DNA of 32,000 nt from Archaeoglobus fulgidus DSM 4304. Lineage in GTDB: Archaea > Halobacteriota > Archaeoglobi > Archaeoglobales > Archaeoglobaceae. The position numbers were made by a program, and so were the translations under genes. Each line of letters opens with the position of its first letter. Positions within the stretch are counted from its first letter, which is position 1. The DNA is taken from the NCBI RefSeq assembly GCF_000008665.1, contig NC_000917.1, positions 2,070,001 through 2,102,000 of the forward strand. Reading direction: 5' to 3'. This document shows positions 18,264-26,874 of this stretch, piece by piece. A model generated the notes under the pieces. That model was given only the letters and a program-made list of their open reading frames with translations. It did not search any database and was not told the DNA's origin.

Positions 18264-19175
18264 TCAGCCTCCAAAGATATCTCTAATCACATCCTCCCAG
18301 AATTCAGGATCTTCAGCGGCGATTCTATCGTTTTCCTCCCACTCCCTGAGCATGAATTCTTTCATGAACTCGTCTATCGTTTTTACCTCTATCCCTTGCT
18401 CTCTGGCCCACTTCATGGCATCCTCCGATAGATCATCTTCGTAATCCATAATTATGCGTAAGTTTTTCCTTATCCTCTTCGTTACACTCTCCAGCTCTTC
18501 CTTGGAGATGCTGTCTGAATCATCCTCGTAATCTGGCTTTACCAGCAGAAACTTCTCCTTCTTCCCATTCTTGGTGGCGTCAACTACTGAGAACTTCCCC
18601 TTTCTGGCTGACTTCACAACCTTATAATCCATCCTCTCCAGATACTTCGAAAAGACCTCCTCAAACTCTTCTATGGAGCTGAAATCGTAGCTTTCGCTGG
18701 AGACGTAAAAGTAAAGCTTCTTTTTGAAGTACACGCTTTCTACGATAGACCTTCCAAAGTCAGTAAACCATCCATTCTCTACCCACTCGCTAAGAAAATC
18801 CTCTCTAATCCTGTACCTATCGTAGTATTCAATCTCTCCCCCATCAGCACGCTCTATTATCATCATCTCGTTAAATTCGAACCCGCTGAGCATTATTGAG
18901 TTGAAATCTTTATGGCTGTCAACACAAATTTTTGGGGTTGTACTCTCTTTTCCAAATGTAAAAACGTACTTTCTTGCTGGTAGCCTATCAGGGATGAAGT
19001 ATTCAGGTTCCTCATTTTCAAAAAAGTGCTTGGAAACGTGTATCTGACAAAGTTCACCATCTTTGGAGTAGTACGCAGCTGCTGGCAACGTATCGTTCAA
19101 AAACTTGTCAACAAAGTACGGAAAATCCTCTCTTATGAATATTTTCAGTATGGAGTCTTCTTTTTTCAGCCTCAT
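18264..19175 (-). CDS. Hypothetical protein (303 aa), first gene of the island; the C-terminal half may have a nuclease-like fold
   Basis: It is a long, clean ORF with island-like AT-rich codon usage. The segment YKVVKSARKGKFSVVDATKNGKKEKFLLVKPDY loosely fits a D...(E/L)xK nuclease core. The C-terminus is highly acidic. No family is recognised. Confidence 0.5.
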   Translation of the reverse strand: MRLKKEDSILKIFIREDFPYFVDKFLNDTLPAAAYYSKDGELCQIHVSKHFFENEEPEYFIPDRLPARKYVFTFGKESTTPKICVDSHKDFNSIMLSGFEFNEMMIIERADGGEIEYYDRYRIREDFLSEWVENGWFTDFGRSIVESVYFKKKLYFYVSSESYDFSSIEEFEEVFSKYLERMDYKVVKSARKGKFSVVDATKNGKKEKFLLVKPDYEDDSDSISKEELESVTKRIRKNLRIIMDYEDDLSEDAMKWAREQGIEVKTIDEFMKEFMLREWEENDRIAAEDPEFWEDVIRDIFGG

Positions 19176-19240
19176 AACAGCTATCTGCTTCAGTTATTTA
19201 TATCAGTTTTTAGTGGGCATCACAAGCCTAATTGAGCAAG

Positions 19241-19426
19241 TTGAATCCAAAGATTGAATCATCGATTTAGTGGTAAATCCGCAGGAAGTGGCTGAAAATT
19301 CATCAAATTCAACTGAAATCAACGAGATTCAGAATGATTCTACGTTGATTCAACCCCAACATCAACTCAAATCAGCTTTGAATCAGCAATGAATCAACAT
19401 CAATCAGCAATCAACGCTGCATCAAG
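19241..19426. repeat. Dense array of short degenerate repeats (TTGAATC / TGAATCA[GA]C / ATCAAC and the complement GATTCA) in the divergent intergenic region
   Basis: TTGAATC occurs at 19241 and 19254. GATTCAG is at 19326, TGATTC at 19335 and TTGATTCAAC at 19346. TTGAATCAGC is at 19378, ATGAATCAAC at 19389, ATCAATCAGC at 19399, AATCAACG at 19409 and ATCAAG at 19421. The last five are spaced about 10-11 bp apart. Confidence 0.6.
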
Positions 19427-19514
19427 AATTTGATTTGAGTTTAGCAATTTTACAAACACGATAAACCTCATACTAAATGGAAAAACTTAATTCTGAATAG
19501 TTTTATTATAGCTC

Positions 19515-22500
19515 ATGGTTACAGGTGAAGTTCCATCACTCAAAAAAGCAATTCTTGAAAGCAAGATTGTATTCGATGATGAACTTGTGAGGATTGCATC
19601 AGATCCTAACGCAAATGTGAATGATGCGATTTTTGAGGTAGAGTTCTCAAATTTCCTGAGTGGAAATGCCCATCCTGACTATCTCGATCCTGCGAGGTTT
19701 TACAAGAAAACGCATTTCACAGAGGATGCGAAAAACATTTTGAAGAGAGTTTTATCGAGGGTTACATACGATTCTGATGAATCCTATGCAATTATCCTCG
19801 ATACAACCTTTGGTGGAGGTAAAACACATACACTCATTGGAATCTACCATCTTTTCAAAAACAGGGATGTGGCAATAAACTTCCACGAGATAAAGCAGAT
19901 TCTCAAGGATCTCGGAATTCCAGCAATTCCAGATGTTGAAATTGTTGCAATTGACGGCCACAATATCGATCCAGATGAGAATCTCTGGAATGTGATTGGC
20001 AGACAGCTTGGTGACGAAACACTTGCCTCCAGAAAATCCCCTCCAACCGCTCAGGAGATAGAAAATGCAATAAGAAAGGTTGGAAAACCTGTAGTATTCC
20101 TGATTGATGAGCTTGTGATTTACATTTCAAAAATACTTGATAGCGAAGCAAGAATTGCCCAGAATAAGGGTTTCATTCACTCACTTTTTGTTGCAACTGA
20201 GGCAACCAAAACATCCATTGTAATTCTTACAATTCCAGAAAGCGAAGCTTACAAGAAGGAATCCGAAATTCTAAGAGATATAACGGCCATTGCTGAAAGA
20301 GGAGCAACCAAAATCGCACCTGTTGCAAAAGAGGATATAATCCGAATACTGAAAAAGAGATTTGTAAAGGAAGTGGATGAAAAATACGCAAGGGCTGCAG
20401 CAAAAGCTTTAACGACCTTTACGCAACAAAACTCGGTATTGGCGAGGCTGTTAGTGAGGAAAGGCTGTTTGAGTGCTACCCATTTAACCCAGAACTTGTG
20501 GAGGAGATATTTTTTGGCAGAATAGGCATGTACGAGGATTTCCAGAGAACGAGAGGTATACTCCAGATAATGGCGAGAGTTATTGTAAATCTGCTAAGAC
20601 ATGCAGAGGAGATTCCTGAAACCACGATGTTCATTTCTGCTGGAGAGATTGATCTCTCATATCCTGAGCTAATGAGAAAGCTTACAGATCGCATATTCGG
20701 GGCGAACTTGATCAGGTTGTTCAAATAGATATAGCAACTGCTGAGGGAACTGCCCATGCTCAGAAAGCGGATGGAAAAATAAGATTTGGAAACTTTGTGA
20801 GAATCGCAACTGCTGTTTATCTTTACTCCCTTTATCCAGACGAATCCAAGAAGGGTGCCAACAGCAGGCAGATATTCAGGGCTTTGGGCGATGAAAGTCT
20901 TGATCCTTCAACAATAGATGCATATCTTGAGAGACTCTACGATGAGATTGCAACCCACATTTTCAGAGCTGAGGGGACAGACAGGTATTACTTCAAAACT
21001 GAGGAAAATCCGAGAGCCCTCGTTAGGTATGCGGCAAAGGATGTTAAGGATGAGGAGGTCAAGCTACATCTGCAAAAACAGCTGGTTGGGAAAATAATAC
21101 CCTCAACGGATGTTGTTGCCGTAAATATCTTCGAGAAAGAGATTAAGAGAGATAATACGGATCCAGGAAAGCTCAACCTCTTTGTGATTGATTACGAGGA
21201 AGTGTTCAGAATTTATGCTCACCTTAAAAGATCGAAGGAGTATGAGAGTGAGGCTGAAGATGTAGTTGCCAGGGAAGCCTTCAGCAGAATTTTCTCCCAA
21301 ATGCTATCAATTACTGCTCCAAACAGAAATTCGGTTGTACTTCTCTTCCCAGTTGCAGGGGGAATTCCCTCATTCATGAGTGATGTGAAGGAGCTGATTG
21401 CTTGCGAGAAACTCAAGAAGGAGAGATCGAAAGATAAGGAGTTCCTCAAGGAGCTAAAAGCAATTCAGGAAAGAATCTATGCCAAGACCGCTCAGAAATT
21501 GATAAACCTCTACTCCTATGCAGGATTTTTCCGAAAGAACGATCAGGTGATAGGGCAACTCTCGCCGCTAACCTACGATGAGAAGGCGAAATACACTGAA
21601 AGGATTTTCGAGGAGCTTGAAAGGAAATGGGGGAAGGTTCTGAGTTCTGCAAGTGAGGATTACATTTACGGAGTTATGGGCAAGGAAAAAGACTACATAA
21701 AACTCTCAGAGCTTATAAACACGATAGCAAACTCAACAGGTTATCCGTTTGTTCCTGCAAAATATCTGAAGGGGAGCATTAAGGAACTGGTAAAGGCTGG
21801 AGAAATTGCAGTATACAGGGGGGAGATATGCGATCCTGAAGAGGTTGACCTCAGGAAAAGTGAAGAAATCGTCAAGAGTCTGAAACTTGGTATTGAGCTT
21901 GGCGAGATAAGGGATTCAGACTATGTTGTTAAGAAGGAGTTTGCTGAAGAGCTTTTAGGGGCTGCAAAGAGGAAGAGAGCAGATGAAGCTGCTAACAGAA
22001 TTCTTGAGGTTCTTGGAGATAGAAATTACGCTGAAATCTCCTCCATCGAGTCTGAACTCCCAGATCTGAGCAGAAAAGATATTGTGGATGCTGTTAAGAG
22101 ATCCCAGAGGCTTGAACTTTATGGCGGGGATATTTCACTGATCAGGAAAGTTGAGGAGGGGGCTGAGCTAAGCGAAAGCGAGAAGGAAGAAATTCTATCT
22201 GGATTTAATGCTGAACATGGTGAATTCATTTTCAAAAAGGAGTATGCTGAGGGGATCAAAAATAAGATCAGAACTGTTGAGTGGGAACCTCCTGAAATTT
22301 CAGAGGATGAAGAGAGGAAAGGTGAAGAGATTAAGGTAAGCGACCTCATAGAAAGATTTGAGGATTTTGAAGGCAGGAGGGTGAAGAGAATCAAGGTAAA
22401 AGGAAGCGGATCGAATAGCCTTAAAGAGGATGCTCTTAATTTGGGAGGAGCAGTACCGTTCCTCAACTTAAAAGGTAAAATTGCAGTTGATTTGAAAGGC

Positions 22501-22698
22501 AGGGTATTTTTCAAATGCTCATCAGAGCTTGAAAAGGCAGGCATAATTGAAGAAATACTGAGGAAAATAGCAGAGCTTGACAGCAATCCAGAATATTCTG
22601 TTGAGCTTGAAATTGATGCAGAGGTTAATGATGATTTCAGAATATTTGCAGAGCAACTTACTTCAACAAAATCTGAGAAAACACTCGTGGTGGAATAA
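19515..22698 (+). pseudogene. DUF499-like P-loop ATPase (about 1050 aa if repaired); the frame is interrupted twice (pseudogene or homopolymer sequencing error)
   Basis: The fragments are 19515-20525, 20498-20728 and 20797-22698. Walker A FGGGKTHT lies at 19812-19826 and Walker B FLIDEL has its DE at 20106-20111. The DUF499-typical YPFNPELVE...FQRTRGILQIMARV follows in the second frame. Adding 1 nt in the A4 run (20402-20405) and 1 nt in the G4 run (20699-20702) joins the pieces. Confidence 0.75.
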
Positions 22699-23009
22699 TG
22701 CTCGCCATAAAAAATACCGTTTACGAGGTTGTTGAAACTCCAAAGTACATTACGATGTACGAGAGCTACCAGAACAGGGAGAAAAGCTACAGGATGAAAA
22801 TAGCCTCCGCTACTGGATGGAGAAAAGATGCGATAAAGAATTTGATGAAGAAGCTCAAAATTCAGGAGAAAACAGATGATGTTGAGAAGGCAATGAGAAT
22901 TTACGTGGCAATCAAGGTTCTGAATTCGATGAAGAGGGCTGAGCAGAGATACAAGCTGGTGGATACCGTTCTCAATCTCCCACCTGAAGAAGTGTTTTTC
23001 TGGGCGTAG
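22698..23009 (+). CDS. Small hypothetical protein (103 aa), start overlapping the ATPase stop (TAATG)
   Basis: The ORF appears translationally coupled to the ATPase gene. Its TAG stop at 23007-23009 is followed by 19 more in-frame sense codons up to a TAA at 23067-23069, so it may be truncated. No family is recognised. Confidence 0.45.
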
Positions 23010-23065
23010 AAGCTCTCATCCACGAAGAATGGAGCTTATGCGTTCAGGGTTCTTTACGGGCTGAT

Positions 23066-23332
23066 TTAATCGTAAACCTTTCCTCTTCTTTCAACTTTTA
23101 AGATGTGAACCGTTTTGGTTGGCTTATCGAGAAAGTAAATCACTCTGAAATCTCCAATTCTGATACGGTAAGTGTTCTCCTCGCCTTCAATCTTTTTAAC
23201 ATCGAATCTTTTCCAAGGAATTGGATCTGTTTTGAGCGTTTCCAGAAGTACACCAAATTTCTTTAAATGAGCTTTTTTAAGACGTTTCAGCTCTTGAGTT
23301 GCTTTCCTGTGAACTACAACCCTAAACACCAA
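23066..23332 (-). CDS. relE: RelE/ParE-family type II toxin (archaeal RelE type)
   Basis: The 88-aa sequence has ...YRIRIGDFRVIYFLDKPTKTVHILKVERRGKVY, the characteristic RelE C-terminal core. Confidence 0.85.
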   Translation of the reverse strand: MVFRVVVHRKATQELKRLKKAHLKKFGVLLETLKTDPIPWKRFDVKKIEGEENTYRIRIGDFRVIYFLDKPTKTVHILKVERRGKVYD

Positions 23333-23519
23333 GCTCCCTCTTCAGCTCATCCCAGTCAACGTGTTCTCCTTTTAACGACTCTTCTTTCAGCTTTCTGATT
23401 TCCAGAAGCTCCTCCTCAGAAACTTTTTCTGCCGGTATTATAAGTTCCTCAAGCTGCTCAATTTTTTCCCTTATCTTCTTAACCTCGCTGTAAATCTCCC
23501 GCAGGAGTGCTTCGTTCAT
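23322..23519 (-). CDS. relB: RelB-like antitoxin (65 aa) cognate to RelE
   Basis: The gene lies immediately upstream of relE with an 11-nt overlap. It is small, helical and acidic (EELLEIRKLKEESLKGEHVDWDELKREL), like archaeal RelB. Confidence 0.65.
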   Translation of the reverse strand: MNEALLREIYSEVKKIREKIEQLEELIIPAEKVSEEELLEIRKLKEESLKGEHVDWDELKRELGV

Positions 23520-23533
23520 GGTTTCACCAGTCT

Positions 23534-23590
23534 TTATTTGGCTTTGAGAAGATAAATAATTTGCTTCGATTCAGATTTAAAGCCAAATAA
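23534..23590. promoter_or_regulatory. Perfect 12-bp inverted repeat (TTATTTGGCTTT ... AAAGCCAAATAA, 33-bp spacer) spanning the predicted relBE promoter; candidate operator
   Basis: The arms are at 23534-23545 and 23579-23590. On the minus strand, TATA-like GCTTTAAATC and AATTATTTATC elements lie at or between the arms, upstream of the antitoxin ATG at 23519. Confidence 0.35.
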
Positions 23591-23629
23591 TTTTTTAAGT
23601 TAAAAGCCCATATTAAACAGGTGCTGGAT

Positions 23630-23770
23630 ATGGGTGAGATAACGATAAGAGCGAGAATTCCCAAGGAGCTTGAAGGCTCTGAAGGTGTGCTCAAAACAGA
23701 GAACTCATGGGAGGAGCTTGAGGCTGAAATGCATGAAGATGTTTTTGGACATCTTTATCGAGCATTTTAA
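23630..23770 (+). CDS. Possible 46-aa ORF ([19 protein letters not shown]...), perhaps an orphan antitoxin-like fragment
   Basis: This ATG-to-TAA ORF is below the track threshold. Its N-terminus vaguely resembles ribbon-helix-helix or AbrB-type antitoxin starts. The evidence is weak. Confidence 0.2.
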
Positions 23771-23817
23771 AGGATTGCACTCATTTCAGATGTTGAAAAC
23801 CTGAGATAGGTGGTGCA

Positions 23818-26422
23818 ATGAAGTTGCTGATTGAAGAGTTCATTCCCGTTGAAGAAATAAGTGAGGAAGCGAAGAAAGAAAAGCTCGGAAATGCCAAACC
23901 CCCTATCTTCTCCCTCCACTACTGGTGGGCGAGAAAGCCGTTGATTACTGCAAGGGCTGCGGTTCTTGGAGCTTTAATCTCAAAGGAGAATTTACCGATG
24001 ATAGTTGGTAATGGGGATTTAAAAACCAATTTACTGCGCATTCTGAGAATACCCAAAGATATCAACGAAGGGCCAAGGGCCCACACACAGGATCCTCCAG
24101 CCGAATACTTGAAGGAGGCAATAATCAAAACGTGGGGTGAAATTCCCACAGTTCTCGATCCTTTCGCAGGTGGAGGTTCGATTCCCTTCGAGGCTTTGAG
24201 GTTAGGCTGTAACGCTGTTGCTGTGGATTACAATCCCGTCGCATATTTAATTTTAAAAGAAACCCTTGAATATCCGAAAAAGTATGGAATGAAGCTAATA
24301 CTATGATGTTAAGAAGTATGCTGAGCAGATATTCAGAGAGCTGAAAGAAGAGCTCGGCAGATTTTATCCAAAACATGATGAAAAGGATGTCGCTGCATAC
24401 ATTTTTTCATGGGTGGTTAAATGCCCCCAGTGCGGATTTGAAACGCCTTTAGTTGGTTCATGGCAGCTTGCCAAAACGAAGAGAGGTAAAGAGGTTTATC
24501 TTGCCTATGAGGTTGAAGGAGACGAGCTGAAGCTTGAGATAAAGGAAGGTATGGCTCCAGAAGGAAATGTATCGAGAGGGGATGGAGTTTGTTTGAAATG
24601 TGGAGCTCACATTCCCAATGATGAGGTTGTGAAGCAGATAAGGGAGAATGAGAAAGAGAGGATGCTTGCAGTTGCTCTGCTAAACTCAGGAAGGGGGGGG
24701 GAAGGAATACGATGTGCCTTCTGATGAGGATTTGAAAGCATTTGAGGAGGCTGAAAAGGAGCTTAAAAAGAGCTGGTTCAGGTTTTATCGTGAGGGGTTG
24801 ATTCCTGATGGAGAGATGCCGAGAGACTACAGGTTTACGCTTTATTTGCCAAAGCATTATCAGCTTTTCAACCCAAGGCAGTTGCTTTTGATGGTAAAAT
24901 TTGCTGAAAAGGCAAAAAGAATTGTTAATGAAATTGCTGAGAGAGATGAGGAGTATGCAAAGGCGATGGGTGTTTATCTCTCGGCAATTATTGCAAAGCA
25001 TGTTGACAGAAACTGTAGAGGTACTACATGGGATTCTGGTTATGAAGTAATCTCCTCAATGTTTGGAAAAAGGAGACCTTCGATGATGTGGGATCATACT
25101 GAAGTTAATCCGTTCGTAAAATCCTCTGGCACCCTCATAAACAACATAAACGACGTTCTCAACGCCCTTAAATACTCCATCGAAAAACTCTCCTCCACAC
25201 AAGCCACAATCGAAATCATAAACGAATCCACAGCCTCATGGAAACCTCAAAGAAAGTTCAAAATCATAGTCACCGATCCCCCCTACTACGATGATACCCC
25301 CTATGGCGAGGTTAGCGAGGTTTTCTACATCTGGCATAAACGAATTGTGGGGCATCTTTTCGAGAAGGAATCCAAATACTTCAGAAACGATAGGGTTGAA
25401 ACATCCGAGGAACTCGATGTTGGGGGAAATAGAGATAAGGAGTTCTTCAACAACCTTTTCATAAAAACGATGCAGAACGTTCACGATTTACTTGATGATG
25501 ATGGTATCCTTGTTCTCTTCTTTGCCCACAAAAGCCCTGAAGCGTGGTATTTCGTTCTCGAAGCTTTAAGACAGGCAGGCTTCAACATCACAGCAACGTT
25601 TCCCATCCACACAGAAAGCACGGAAAGCGTTGTTGCAAGGGGCAAGAAATCAATCTACCATAGCCTGATCATAACCGCAAGAAAGAGAAAGGAAGAAAAA
25701 ACGGGGATCATAGAAGAAATACTCCCAGAAATCGAAGAAAAAATTTACCAGAGAGCTGATGAGCTGGAAAAATACGGTTTGAAAGGCTCTGATCTCCTTG
25801 TCGCTGCGATGGGAGTGGCTTTAGAAGTTCTCACATCCTACTCTGAAATAAAGAGCTATTCTGGGAAGATAACAGCGAAGAGTGCTATCGAAATAGCTCA
25901 AACAGTTATGGCCAGATACATAACAAGAAAAATGATTGGGGAGGAGGCGGATCCTGTAACCACCTTCTACATTTACTCCCGCCTGAACGGCATGGATACG
26001 ATGGATTACGATACTGCCAATAGTTCATCAAAAGCTTGGGGCTTAAGGAAGAAGATCTCGAAAAGAGCGGTTTGATAAAGATCGTGAAAAGCAGGAGTAG
26101 GAAAAGTGTTATCCTGCAGGATTATTATAGAGGTGATTCCAACATCGAGGTTGCGGGTTACGATACTATCAGGGGCAATAGCCTGATTGATTACATCCAC
26201 AAAGCCCTGAGAGCTTACGATATTGAGGGAATGAAGGGGTTTGATAGAGTTAGGAGCGAGATTCCCTACTCAATGAAAGCTGTAATTGGAGTTCTGCAGG
26301 CTCTCGCAAGGATAAGGCTCGATCCCTCAAGGAAGAATGATAGGGAGGCTAATAGAGCGGCAGAGATACTTGAACACCTCAGAATGCTGGATGAGAAGCT
26401 CGAAAGGTGGGGAGTAAAATGA
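23818..26422 (+). pseudogene. DUF1156-like DNA methyltransferase with an internal Zn-ribbon and a DPPY catalytic motif (about 865 aa if repaired); the frame is interrupted three times
   Basis: The fragments are 23818-24306, 24413-24724, 24714-26075 and 26036-22. The N-terminal LHYWWARKPL is DUF1156-like. SAM motif I DPFAGGGS is at 24157-24180. The Zn ribbon is CPQC at 24422-24433 plus CLKC at 24590-24601. Motif IV DPPY is at 25275-25286. The breaks are at about 24296-24304, in the G9 run at 24693-24701, and at about 26019-26024. Confidence 0.8.
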
Positions 26423-26870
26423 CATACTGGGTTTTCAGCTCTAACTCTCTGGAGAACATTGAGATCGGATACAGAAACATGATTTGGGGATTCTGGGATA
26501 GGGATGCAGGGGAAAAGCAGAAAAAGAACTGGAGAAGCTTTATCAGAAAATACAACCAGATAAAGCCCTTCGATGTTGCAGTATTTCAAATTGCAAAACT
26601 GGAGAGATAAACGCCATCGGAGTTATTAAAGAAACGTATTACGACGACCAAACTCCTGTTTGGGAGAATGAATTCAGTCATAGCAGAGTTACTTATCCAT
26701 GGAGAGTGCATTTTTCAGCCATGATCTTCTCCAGAGAACCAGTAGTTAAGAAGTATATCAGGATACAGGATTATCTGGACGGTTACGGTATTGGTGAACT
26801 CGAACCTCACGATTTCAACGTCATCATAGATGCATTTCGCCAGAAATTTGGTGAGATTTCGGTGAGGTGA
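26407..26870 (+). pseudogene. EVE/PUA-like small protein (about 154 aa if repaired); one frameshift in an A4 run
   Basis: MTYWVFSS...MIWGFWDR...FDVAVFQIAK continues in the -1 frame as TGEINAIGVIKETYYDDQTPVW...YPWRVHF...EPV. This resembles the EVE-domain layout YW...W...GD.v.fY...g.i.aig.v...yD..., as I remember it. The start overlaps the methyltransferase end. The break is at 26595-26598. Confidence 0.45.
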
Positions 26871-26874
26871 TAAC

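Noticed and set aside
19241-19426. Whether the short-repeat region could be a CRISPR array
   Set aside because: The repeat units are only about 7-11 bp, degenerate, in both orientations and without unique spacers of about 30-40 bp. No cas genes are present. It is not a CRISPR array.
24417-25001. A 194-aa minus-strand ORF inside the methyltransferase, and a similar 212-aa ORF at 28174-28812 inside the helicase
   Set aside because: Both are antisense to coding sequence with strong motif support. They are Leu/Ser/Phe-rich shadow translations typical of AT-rich genes.
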